64,000 bases of DNA, taken from Octopus sinensis. Its lineage: Eukaryota. Positions 1-13,378 of this stretch are shown here, in pieces. Position 1 is the stretch's first letter. The number at the start of each line of letters is the position of its first letter. The notes below the pieces were generated by a model. The model saw only the letters and a list, made by a program, of their open reading frames with translations. It ran no database searches and had not been told where the DNA came from. The translations under genes and the position numbers were made by a program. The stretch covers positions 12,958,001 to 13,022,000 of the forward strand of contig NC_043009.1 of the NCBI RefSeq assembly GCF_006345805.1. Direction: 5' to 3'.

Positions 1-183
1 AATTATTGTTTTATTGGTTTAATCATTTGATTGCAGCATCCATCAGCGGCGACTTGATGTGTTTTAGTCTGCAAATGGTAATGATGGGAGGCAAGGTTGC
101 CCGAGAGTCATTCAAATTTCATGAAAACTTAAATATGCGGTGCCAGTTCACTTGACGTACACAGATATCTTTTATTCAATGTA

Positions 184-388
184 AAGGCGGCGAGCTGGCA
201 GAACCGTTAGCACGTCGGGCGAAATACGTAGCTGTATTTCGTCTTTCGTTACTGAGTTCAAATTCTGCCGAGGTCGACTTTGCCTTTCATCCTTTCGAGG
301 TCGATTAAATAAGTACTAGTTACGATGTAATCGTTTGACTGTCCTTGTTTGTCCCCCCTGTGTTTAGCCCCTTGTGGGTAATAAAGAA
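184..388 (+). mobile_element. tRNA-derived SINE, family A, with 23-bp target-site duplication
   Basis: A-box-like TGGCAGAACCGTTAG and B-box-like GAGTTCAAATTC; body repeated many times in the window; ACAGATATCTTTTATTCAATGTA at 161-183 and 389-411. Confidence 0.9.
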
Positions 389-847
389 ACAGATATCTTT
401 TATTCAATGTAGCGAGCGAAGTACTTCAACAGCCACGATAATCCCTAGCCCCAACTGTATCCATTTGATGCCACGCGTAACTAAATATAAGTCAATCAAG
501 TCCCATTGTGTCCGTGTGCTATTTGTATATTTAACTGGAAAGCAATTGCTGTTGATTATTAACTGAAAAATAAGACGCATTCGGAAAATATTTTAAGTCT
601 ATAAAATATCGTTGTGAAGTAAATTCTATACAATTATTCGACCTCCTAGAAATAGCAACCGAATTTCCCCAAATCCTCCCTATTATCTTAAAAATGGAAG
701 GGCACATTGTATAATGGTGTATGATCTATTCTCCATCTGAATAAAAATGGGATAATCAGTGCTGAAACGCAGTAGATCACAGGTATGTTTGATCAGGGCT
801 AGCAATCAACAATTAGAGATTTACTGTTATACTGTTTGAAAAAAGTT

Positions 848-1515
848 CATATAAGTTTGCAAATAGTTACCGTTCCAATATAGTTTTATTCTTATTTTTA
901 GTAAGATAGCCAATATGTACATACTAGCTATACATGTCAGATAGTATAGATATAACACGCGGAATAATTCTTGAAAGATACCGTTTACTTGAAGAATATA
1001 TAGTTAACTAGGAGTTGATTTATATAATGTAGCGAATCTCTTCCATTTAAAAGTGTTTACTCAACTGAAACTATACTCGTACATTAGATCATATATCATT
1101 AATGCTAATGATAGTTTTTGTCAAAAAGGCAAGGTAGATAATTCTGAAACCCAGACTGATTAAAATAGAGGGGTTTGTGGTTAATGGTTACGCCTTAAGG
1201 AGTGGTTAAGATTGCTAATAAATACAGTGACAACGTTTGGTGTGTTCCGATCTTATTAGACCTCCAAAGCGAAGCATAATCTTACGGCTACGCGCGAGAT
1301 CTTAGAATAACTGCAATGATATTTTGGCATTAAGTGAGGAAGGAAAAAAGAAACTCCTAGTTAACTATATATTCTTCAAGTAAACGGTATCTTTCAAGAA
1401 TTATTCCGCGTGTTATATTTATGCTATCTGACATGTATAGCTAATATGTACATATTGGCTATCTTAAATAAGAATAAAACTATATTGGAACGGTAACTAT
1501 TTGCAAACTTATATG
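848..1515. repeat. Fold-back/MITE-like element with ~165-bp inverted arms (848-1016, 1352-1515)
   Basis: Left arm CATATAAGTTTGCAAATAGTTACCGTTCC...TAGTTAACTAGGAGTT is the near-perfect reverse complement of AACTCCTAGTTAACTA...GGAACGGTAACTATTTGCAAACTTATATG. Confidence 0.9.
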
Positions 1516-2357
1516 TGCAATTTAAAATGATAACGTGAGAAAACTTCCTAAGTTTGCTTTCTGTCTGAAAAAGTTTAGTTAAGTGAGGTTAATATATTGA
1601 GTGTATTCCTCATTACGCTTGTAATTTTAATTTATAAAAACATTTTAAACAAACTGAAGCTAGTAACGAGAATAATAACTAATATAGATGTGGATTGGAC
1701 AACTTTGTAAATGACTGCAGTATAAAGGTTACACTGATGCTGAGTTTCTTAGATTTACTAGAAATTGTTGCTAATTATCCCTAAAGTTACACTGTATAGT
1801 CGTACTGTCTTGAAATAATTTTTTAAATATGCAATTTCAAATTTGGCAATGTAACTCTGGCGCTATTATGTTGGAAAATATATTACGGTCGAAACTCTTT
1901 GATCTTAGATTTATCTGGTCTGTCATGAATGTCCCAGGGCTAAACAATTACAGTAACCACTGTCTCAAGAGATGGACTGATCAGACGTTGAACTATAGAC
2001 GTCAATATTATCCTAGACAACTCTTCATAAACATCTCATGTAATATTTTGTTAATGTTGTTTTTATTGATATCAGCGCCTTTGTAGTTGTTGTTGTTGTG
2101 GTCAATGCTGTTGTTGTTGTTGTAGTCGTCTGCTTCCGATGTGCTTCTTCTTGTTGTCGTTGACTTTGTTGTTATTGCTGTTTTTGTCGTTGTTTTTGTT
2201 GACACCATCGTAGTGGTGTCTTCATCAACAAGCAGACCTAAGATTAAATATATTCAATTCCTTCAATGACAATCTCGCTTTCCTTTACAGACGAAAAGTC
2301 TGGAGTTCTATATAATCCAATATGTATCACTTTACTTTAAGGCGTCAGTATTTTGGT

Positions 2358-2618
2358 TTTCAACCGTGTGACCATCCTGGTTTGATTTCAAGATCATATT
2401 CTTTCATTTAAGAAATGGCAGAGGGAAATTTGTTTGCTATTTCTAGTAATTAGAATGACCACTTAGATATTCCTTCTTTGATAATTTATTTTATAAGTTG
2501 TTACTGACTGAGTGTGTCTGTAACCACAGGTTTCAACCGTGTGACCATCCTGGTTTGATTTTAAGATCGTATCCTTTCATTTAAGAAATGGCAGAGGGAA
2601 ATTTGTTTGCTATTTCTA
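2358..2618. repeat. Direct repeat, ~88 bp x2 (2358-2445, 2531-2618)
   Basis: TTTCAACCGTGTGACCATCCTGG...GTTTGCTATTTCTA occurs twice, 173 bp apart, with few mismatches. Confidence 0.9.
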
Positions 2619-2945
2619 ACAGTGCGAACGAACATATAGTAACATACCCATTTACTCAACCATATAAGTTGCTGTTATTATTTAGGTCCGCAGATCTATA
2701 AACAGAGGCGTTCTAAACATACCCATTAAGTCATTTTAAGGGTTTATGGGATTAAATTATGTAACTCCAGGCTAAAATGTATTTCAGCGGCGTAAATTTC
2801 AGGCTCGCGACCGAAATCCTTGATGACTTTTTCTCCACCAACACCAGACCCTTTGAAGGTTTGAAATTATTTGACATTATTTTCGTCCAAATAACAAAAT
2901 ATAAGAATCAGAAGCTATTTATATTTTTCACAATGTTTTGACTTG

Positions 2946-3750
<805 letters not shown>

Positions 3751-3908
3751 TGAGATCCATAACACAGCTCTTGAATATCTTTCCATATTGCTACTCTTAC
3801 AATATGGAAATATATTGGGGTTCCTGCTGTCACAACATAGAAAAAGACCACACAGAAACACGAAAAATGTCACACACGAACTCACACCGTTAACAATATG
3901 TTTCAAAA

Positions 3909-4073
3909 TCGTCTGTCTTTATGTTCTGAGTTCAAATTCCGCCGAGGTCGACTTTGCCTTTCATCCTTTCGGGGTTCGATAAATAAAGTACCAGTTTCGC
4001 ACTTTATCCCTTTGTCTGTCCTTGTTTGTCCCTTCTGTTCTGTGTTTAGCCCCTTGTGGGTAGTAAAGAAATA
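3909..4073 (+). mobile_element. SINE family A, 5'-truncated
   Basis: GTTCTGAGTTCAAATTCCGCCGAGGTCGACTTTGCC...GCCCCTTGTGGGTAGTAAAGAAATA. Confidence 0.88.
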
Positions 4074-4419
4074 AATATGTTTCAAACACGTGTGCTTTCC
4101 TTTTAAAGATGATAGAGTGTGCTCTGAGGAAGATTTAACTGGTATTTCTAGTGAAGATTGCAAACATGCAGAGATTCCACGCTATTTTAAAAGCAAATTA
4201 AAAAACTTTATCCTGTCTTTACATATCAGCTACTCAGTAAACAACGTAGTTTCGGTTTTATAACACTTGATATTATTGTTACGGACTTTTTTTGATGTTG
4301 TTTAGCTTGATCGAGCAAAATAATGATAAAAGATGTTCAAATCGTTATCATTTTTCTTCTTTTGTTGTCACTTAATTGAAGATAGTATGATGTTAATGTT
4401 TTTTTTATTTTGTTAAGGT

Positions 4420-4867
4420 TATTTCTACAGATATTCTATAGAACTTATTTGTGCTACAGCGTTTCGTATCGAGACGTCAGCTGCAAACAGACAATAAGAC
4501 AAAGTGAGTAATGAGTGTATATACCTTATTTTGGGGATCATGCCCTTTCTTCAGCACTCATCTAACCCACCATTGCCTCCAAACACATTGCTTATATAGC
4601 TATTGCATACAGCAGTGTTAAGTCATTGGATATACCAATTTCCAAATTAGATGCTTTTCTGGGGCTGGTATGTAAACGTTGAAGATTTGTAGGTACGTGA
4701 TAATTCGTTATTTAGTATAGAATGGGCAAAAACTCCCGAACGATGGAATATATACTCTTTACCTACTTCTATCTTCCTTCGCGTTGTTTACATCTGACGA
4801 CTCGATGCGAAACGTTGTAGCAAAAACCAGCGCTGGCTCTAAGTTCTGTAGGATATTTATAGAAATA
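4420..4867. repeat. Degenerate fold-back element (arms 4420-4490, 4784-4867) with a hammerhead-like core
   Basis: Arms are diverged reverse complements; right arm has CTGACGA (4794-4800) and GAAAC (4809-4813). Confidence 0.7.
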
Positions 4868-4886
4868 ATCTTAACAAAATAATCCA

Positions 4887-5730
4887 TTCTACTTTAGGCA
4901 CAAGGCACGAAATTTTTTGGGGGGAGGTCAGTCGATTAGATCGACTAAATCGCAGCTGGTTACTTAATTTATCGACCCCGAAACGATGAATGGCAAAGTC
5001 GACCTCGGTGGAATTTGAACTCAGAACATAAAGTCAGACGAAATACCGCTAAGCATTTCGCCCGGTGTGCTAAAGCTTTTGCCAGCTCACCGACTTAACC
5101 TTATCAAAATAATATTTTCTACTCTAGGCGCAAGGACAGAAATTTTGTGGGAGGGGCCAGTCGATTAGATCGATCCCAGTGCGCAACTGGTACTTAATTT
5201 ATCGACCCCGAAAGATGAAAGGCAAAGTCGACCTCGGCGGAATTTGAACTCAGAACGTAGCGGCAGACGAAATACCTATTTCTTTATTACCCACAAGAGG
5301 CTAAACACAGAGAGGACAAACAAGGACAGACAAACGGATTAAGTCGATTACATTGACCCCAGTGCGTAACTGGTACTTAATTTATCGACCCCGAAAAGAT
5401 GAAAGGCAAAGTCGACCTCGGCGGAATTCGAACTCAGAACGTAACGGCAGACGAAATACAGCTACGCATTTCGCCCAGCGTGCTAACGTTTCTGCCAGCT
5501 CGCCGCCTTACGAACTGGCAGTATCGTTAGCTCGTCGGACAAACAGCAGAGTGACATTCAGTCTGTATTTACGTTCTGAGTTCAAATTCCGCCAAGGTTG
5601 ACTTTGCTTCATGAACCTTTCAGGGGAGGGGAAACGATAAAATAAGTACCAGTTGAGCACAGGGGGCGATATAATCAGCAAGCCCTTTCGCTTGTACTCG
5701 CCGGTCTTGTGCCAAAATTTGAAACCAATA
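4887..5730. mobile_element. Cluster of four family-A SINEs (three minus: 4887-5096, 5116-5277, 5278-5509; one plus: ~5511-5730)
   Basis: Repeated GGCAAAGTCGACCTCGGCGGAATTTGAACTCAGAAC, the reverse complement of the family-A core. Confidence 0.9.
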
Positions 5731-6680
5731 TTGCTGTTGCAGTTATTGGTGTGGTGTTTATTATTGCCAATACTTGCTACTGCCGATGCAGTCTTCTCGT
5801 TATTGTTGTGGTGTAGTTTCTTTTCATGCTGTTAAAACTGTTAGTACTATTTTCGTTGTTTGTATCCCTTTTTTTTTATTGTTATTCTAGTTGTTGTTAT
5901 CGTTCTTCATGCTTTTGTTAATGCTGTGCTGATTATTTTATTTCCTTTATATTATCGCTGGGCTGTTGCTAATGATGTAGAAGCTGTTACTGGAGCTGTT
6001 GTGGTAATTACCATTCCTGTTGTTGTTGCTGTTGTTTCTACAATTGATGGTGCTGTAGGTTTCAGCCATTTTATCTTGATTGTATCAGCGTTGTTTTTGT
6101 TTTTGCTACTGCTGCTGCTACTACTACTACTATTGTTGTTGTTGCTGTTGCACAGCTTGGCCATTAATATATTCACTGTCCGAAGAATACATCGTTGCTT
6201 ACAATGCAAATTCTCTATTTTGACGAACATGTATCGTGTGCCATGTTTTGCTGATGCCTAGTTAGCGAGTGTGTTGAAGTTGATATTTGATAAGAGTGAA
6301 TATTCTCACAGGATGTATAATCTTCTCTGGTTACAACGAGCCACAAGTCCTCCGAGTGACACAATAAACATACCCAGCAAACCTGTTCCATTGCTTAGCA
6401 CGCACATATGCAAATTGCTCATTCTCGACCAACACAGCCATATATTTCTCTAGCACTGTAGATCATTCTCTTGTTCCGACACACAGAACACAAAGTTTCA
6501 CTGTTCAACGTTTGCTTTTACATTCATTAGCACAAACATAGACACACACACACAAACACACAAAATACAAAATACACACGAATACAAATGCACATGTGCA
6601 CTTATAAACTTACTTTCAATGCACACAAGCTAATAAATAAATCGGCGTGACACGTCATTTTTCGGAAAATTAGTAATCCA

Positions 6681-6711
<31 letters not shown>

Positions 6712-6723
6712 AACTAACACACA

Positions 6724-6724
<1 letters not shown>

Positions 6725-6802
<78 letters not shown>

Positions 6803-6934
6803 CACACATATGCACATAATCATGTATGACTGTATGCGTGTGTAATACGTGTGCGAAGTTGTGTGCGGTGGTTGTATACAAATCCGTCTTTCTCTCTCAC
6901 TCTGTCTCTCTCTGTTCCTTTCCCCCTGTCTCTC

Positions 6935-7001
<67 letters not shown>

Positions 7002-7014
7002 ATATACACATATG

Positions 7015-7079
<65 letters not shown>

Positions 7080-7470
7080 TTGCACACTGTGATACAAGCA
7101 CTCGCATTGTGTCACATGCACACACACACACACATATCCAATTACCATAGAAAAGAGCACCTTGAACAATGTGGCATTGGGTACCCTGCACATAAGCAAA
7201 CGAAGTGATGCTCATGGCTGGAATTAATTTTACTACAGATGTGCTTAATCAGGTTGACCTGGGCTAAACTAAAACACTATCATAATTGCATCTAACGTGT
7301 ACACACACACATACACACACACACACACACATTTACAAATAGCACATATACACACCCATACACACATACACGCTTATAAGCTCACACACATGCACACGTA
7401 TATATGTACATACAAATATATTTATATGTATAAATATATATATATATATATGTACGTATATGTTTATATA

Positions 7471-7523
<53 letters not shown>

Positions 7524-7600
7524 ATATATGTATATATATATAGATATATATGCATATATACATATATGTATATGTACACACATACACACACACATATATA
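6725..7600. repeat. Compound (TATC)n/(TA)n/(CA)n microsatellite region
   Basis: Directly visible; source of the YI/HT-repeat ORFs. Confidence 0.95.
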
Positions 7601-8125
7601 CAGTGTGTCCCAGAAGTCACTTACCAGTTTCAATTTGTAATACCTTCCTTATCTTTACAAATAAACGCATGAGATTTTGATACAACATAAAGGACATAAT
7701 GGAAATTAATCTGCACAAGTCAAATTTTACAAAACCCCTACCTCACATATGAAAAATGACATCGCTTGAATGGCAACCTTTTTCGGCTTCGCACGCCCGT
7801 GCTCTTTCTAAAACTTGCACCATTACGCCCTTAAGGATCTCAGACCTCACTTCTCTCATTTATGTTCTATTAATGTTCTTTTTTAATTGCACCTGGGTCT
7901 CCGGTTTGTTGTCGTAAATCCTCTCTTTCAGGTATCCCCACAAGAAAAATTCCGGGCTAGTCAAGTCTGGTGAACGTGAAGGCCATTCAAAGTAGATCTC
8001 ACACATGTTTCCAGCAAGATGGAGCAACTGCTCATACCGTAAGAGAAGCAATGCAGTTTCTATGGAAGTGCTTTGGAGAGAGAATAATCTCCCGCTACAG
8101 CAGTGTCAACTGGTCTTCATAAGAA
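7601..8125. mobile_element. Tc1/mariner relic with a TIR-like end and transposase pieces in opposite orientations
   Basis: TA-CAGTGTGTCCCAGAAGTC end; minus strand WPSRSPDLTSPEFFLWGYLKERIY (7860-7995); plus strand FQQDGATAHT...FGERIISR (~8008-8120). Confidence 0.8.
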
Positions 8126-8201
8126 AATTATACATCATTATAAAAGCTTAGTGTCTGCTTTTTGTTTCAAACTAAATAAATTTAGATTTATAGGTTAGAT
8201 A

Positions 8202-9090
8202 ATGGCTATAGACAGAAATACAATCTTAACCATACACAAACGAGGCGGAAGTAAAACAAAAAAGATTAAAATTAACCGAAAAACAGTCTGGGAAATTGTC
8301 AAGAAATTTCAAGAGACTGCTTCAATCGCTGATTGACCTGGACGTGGCCAAAAAAGAAGTGTGTAAACCTGTCAGCTTATCAAAAGTACCAGAGAAACGA
8401 TAAGGTGGGATCTTCGTCGTTCCGTAAGAAAACTGGCCGTCACAGCAAAAATAAGCCGAACATCGATGTATCAAGTGCTGAAGGAGGAAATTAGGATCCA
8501 CCCTTACAAGAAGATCCATTGTCATGACCTCACGCATGTTCCTAAGGTAATAAAACTGGAGAGAAGTCGTCTTATCCTGCATCAGATTGCTGAGGGTATG
8601 CTGCCTAACTTGGCGTTCACAGAAGAAAAGAAATTTGACATCAAACAGACGGTAAACCACCAAAATGATAGACTTTCGAGTGTACTAGGCACCGTCGAGG
8701 GTAGACCCGTAAATTGACGACAAAAACCACAGTTAGTTTTGGTTTGGACGGCTGTGATAGCCACAGGAAGGTCTCCCTTCGTTTTTGTGCCTTTGCGTGT
8801 TAAAATTAACACCTAGCGATACATCAGCGATATTCTGGCAGCTGAATTACTTCCATAGCCGAATGAGCACTTTCAAGGCGCACATTGGAGCTTCAGACAG
8901 GGCTCGGCACCATCCTACAGCTCCAAACAGATACAGCACTGGATTCAGAGAAAACATTCCATCGTTCAAAGGTAAGGATGTATGGCTGTCAAGAAAACCC
9001 GAGTTCAACCCGTTAGATTTTTCTGTTTGGTCCATTTTGGAGACGGGGTTCTCGAGCAATCCTCATGCTTCACTCGACGCTTTGAAGTAC
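8202..9090 (+). pseudogene. Disrupted Tc1/mariner-superfamily transposase, maT/DD37D-like
   Basis: N-terminal HTH-like NRKTVWEIVKKFQET; NLAFTEEKKFDIKQTVNHQNDR; WLSRKPEFNPLDFSVWSILE; stops and frameshifts. Subfamily assignment is by motif resemblance. Confidence 0.8.
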
Positions 9091-9109
9091 TGTCTTATCA
9101 TCGTTTCCT

Positions 9110-9600
9110 CTGCTGCTGTTTTCAAATACCCGTCTTTTGATAGCTACTATCTCTACTTTTGTGAACCAATGATTTTTCTTATTGCTTTTGCTTGATGGCA
9201 TAATCTCCGTTCCGTGATTTGAAACAATCCTCTTTCTCTTCATTGGTCATACATACGTTGTCGTTATCCCCTAAGATGAACACCATTTTCGTCTGCGGGG
9301 TTGCTTAGGTAGTAACACTCCATGACCACAGCATTGATTTGTTTGTTCTATCTACGCCGTGTGTAGTGGTCCCTTGGTGGATAACAACAGGCTGGAATCG
9401 AACCAGTATCTCTGAGTTTGTCGGGTGTAACACTATCACAATCAAGGGCTTCGGTTTCATTACCACCGTTATTCACAATATTTTGTTTTTTCATTGTCAC
9501 TCATATGAGGTATTGATTATCAGGTTGCGCAGATACCAGTGTTTTTATCGTGACACCATCTCTAGAGCATAAGGAGATTCCAACCGCTCCCTTTCAATAT
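9110..9600 (-). mobile_element. N-terminal fragment of an R4/Dong-like non-LTR retrotransposon
   Basis: Minus strand AVVMECYYLSNP...RG*RQRMYDQ*RERGLFQITERRLCHQAKAIRKNHWFTKVE resembles R4/Dong ORF N-termini. Confidence 0.65.
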
Positions 9601-9689
9601 TATTATCATCATCACTGATATCATTATTTTCATTTTTTTACTACTATTTGTCATTGTTAATATTTCCTTTGATCCGACATGAGTTTTGG

Positions 9690-11750
9690 CTAAATTATTA
9701 TTATTCATATTTGACTTTTGCCTTACATTTGTACAAGTTGGCTCCAAGTCTCACCCAGAGACCTCAAGAGAAAACAAGTTGGAAGTTCATGTTGGTGTTA
9801 TGCCTAGGGTGCCATATATTTGATTTTGTACTTAGTGTTGTACTAGTGAATGCCTAAAAAACCATTCGAAAATTATGTTTGCTTTAAAACTTGAGATTAC
9901 ACAGAAAGTATTTTGCGTAGGATATGAGCAGTTCCCATGAGCACTATCTTTTGAATTTCTGCCATTTTGGGGGTTTTCTGTTATCTGAGTTAGGTAGCAA
10001 TCAGCCCCTTTTGCTGTCATTCCCAAGGCACCTATGACAACAGGTATTGTTTTAGTCTTCAGCTTCCACATTTTGCTGATTTCTATTTCCAGATCTTTAT
10101 ATTTGCTCAGTTTTTGGTAGGTCTTGACAGATACGTTTATATCGATTGGGACAGTCATATCAATGAGGAGGTATGTTCTTTGTCTGAAGTCTTTCAATAT
10201 GATGTCTGGCCTATTTGCATCTTTCTGTCAGTTTGAATGGTGAAGTTCCAGAGGAGTGATATGTGATCATTTTCAAGCACTGGAGGTGGTTTGTGTTCCC
10301 ACCATTTTTTTTTCATGGGACTAATCCAGGTTTTTGCAAATTACCCAGTGAATATATTGGGCAGCTCTATCATGCCTGTTGAGATACTCTGTAGGCGAAA
10401 GAAGACTGCACTTGTAGACAACATGATTAATGGTTTCATTTTGTTGTTGACATACACGACATGTTGGGCTACTGCCGCTCTTTAATATGTTGGCCTGGTA
10501 GTTCCTTGTAGGTAGGCATTGATTTTGGCTTGCTATGATAAACCCTTCTGTTTCAGATTTTAAGCCAGAGGCCATTAGCCATTGATGTGTAGGGCTTTGT
10601 CAACATCGGTATTATTCGCTATCTTTGGGTATTTGCCATTGAGAGGGTTTTCTTGCCATTTATCATTCAGAATATCTAAGGCAGCAGTTTTAGCACGGGT
10701 TTTCATGCGCTTAGCTTTGTCTGTGCTTGTTTCTGGTATGTCTAATTCCGGAATTTATTTATTTGGAATTCACTTAGATATCCCTTTGCTTGTTTTGTTA
10801 CTGAGTATGATGCTTTCTTGTTTTCATGTTTTGAGACAAGTTTTAACATCCAGTCCTCAGAGTTTTTCGTTTTTTTTTTGCACATTCACTCGTACAAAAA
10901 ATAAACCAAATATGTGGCACACTAGGCATAACACCAACAATCTTCATTGTTAATGCCAGTTGTAGAGGTCCACGGCCTCCCTCTTTTCTTGGCAGGTAAA
11001 GTCGTTCTATATCTGCCTTGTCGTTCTATATCTATGCATTGTCAACAGTTTTCGTATTTTTCTGTCAAGATTACATATTTCAGTAATTGACCAGTTAATG
11101 ATATTAAAACTGTAAGTCACGACTGGTATGGCTAAAACATCCTGTTTCTTGCATTCAGATCTGTATTGAATATTGCTCTCACCCTGCGATAACATTCTCT
11201 CCTGATCCTTTCCCTCATCACTGAATGCCTGATTCCTCCCCTTTCAAGTACCCGTAGGTATTTGTAGCTCCCCGCTGGGTCTAACTCTTTTATGACATTC
11301 TGCTGATCAAGGTTAACGTTCGATGTTTCTGTCATTTCCCTTTGATTTATATTTTTATCAAACATTTTATAGCCGTATTGTACATCATTGAACAATTTCG
11401 AGAGATATATTAAAGCTAGACAAAAGAGAAGTGGTGATAGAAAGTTATATGGACAATGCCACTTGAAATTCTTACATAACCAGCATTAAGAGATTCATTG
11501 TCACTGTTCAAAATCAGTGTGGTTTCGCTGAGTAGGCGCTATTTTATACATTTCCAGACATTTTTTAATCCAGCTATGTGGTAGACGATCCAAACGCTTT
11601 TTTATAGTCTATCCAGACTGTTGAGAGGTTTTTGTGTCGCTTGTGACAATCTACTAAGATCATCTTAGAAGATTGATCTTTACAACAGTAGGATCCACTT
11701 TTACATCCTTTTTGTTCATTTACGCTGATCTTTACAACCATAGGTTTACA
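9690..11750 (-). mobile_element. 5'-truncated, decayed R4/Dong-like (RLE-type) non-LTR retrotransposon with TAA tail
   Basis: RT motifs KGCKSGSYCCKDQ, WIDYKKAF and YKYL; CCHC knuckle CRVCQQQNETINHVVYKC; RLE region IDMTVPIDINV...KYKDLEIEISKMW...IPVVIGALG; 3' UTR running into AATAATAAT. Confidence 0.85.
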
Positions 11751-11757
11751 TAATTTT

Positions 11758-11783
11758 TGCTCCTCCTCCTCCACCTCATCACC

Positions 11784-11830
<47 letters not shown>

Positions 11831-11847
11831 TTTCTTCTTCATCATCA

Positions 11848-11917
<70 letters not shown>
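11758..11917. repeat. (CAT)n/(TTA)n microsatellite
   Basis: Directly visible. Confidence 0.95.
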
Positions 11918-11920
<3 letters not shown>

Positions 11921-12454
11921 CTTAGAGAGCATCGCATGCCATCAAAGTGACACTGGGGTAAAAAGCCCAGCACACCCATCATGACTACCCGTCTGATAAG
12001 GGTACACCAGGCACATGCATCACAACCATATGTATGCGACATTGTGATCTTACATCAAGAGAACAGCGCATGACCTTGCAGGTGGGGCCCAGCTAGAAGT
12101 TTCTTCGGGTCGAGTAGCCCATCCTGTTTAAAAGGCCCTTGAATAAGGGTTGTTTAAGGGTATTGAACGAAACATCCATGTTTCTAGAGGTGAATTCTTC
12201 AAACACCAAACAATTACCCTCAACACATGACTATGATGCTCCCCCACTACTTCTGCTCGTGATCAAAGATGCACATATCGTCAGCCACTAAGAGACATGC
12301 TCAACTGGTTAAGGTCAAACAACTGATAAGCAAATCTATGAATATTTGCTATAGCCCATCTTTTTATACTAAGACAAAACAATATGCACGATAAACCTTC
12401 TACTCAGTTAAGATAAGAAACCATGAACGCCAGTGGCTAGTACTGCACCAGGGC

Positions 12455-12456
<2 letters not shown>
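11918..12456 (-). mobile_element. ~530-bp non-coding interspersed element (family E) embedded in (TTA)n
   Basis: Reverse complement aligns end to end with 63047-63575; both copies have TAA arrays on both sides. Strand chosen so that the flanks read TAA. Confidence 0.85.
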
Positions 12457-13172
<716 letters not shown>

Positions 13173-13173
13173 T

Positions 13174-13378
13174 TGGCAGAATCTATAGAACACCGGGCGA
13201 AATGCCTAGCGGTATTTCCTACATCTTCATGTTCTGTGTTCAAATTCCGTCGAGGTTCACTTTGCCTATCATCCTTTCGGGGGCCGATAAAATAAGTAAC
13301 AGTTGAGTACTGAGGTCAATGTAATCGATTAGCCACCTCCCCTAAATTTCAGGCATTGTGCCTATAGCAGAAACGATT
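13174..13378 (+). mobile_element. Diverged family-A SINE
   Basis: TGGCAGAATC...CCGGGCGAAATGCCTAGCGGTATTTC...GTTCAAATTCCGTCGAGG. Confidence 0.8.
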
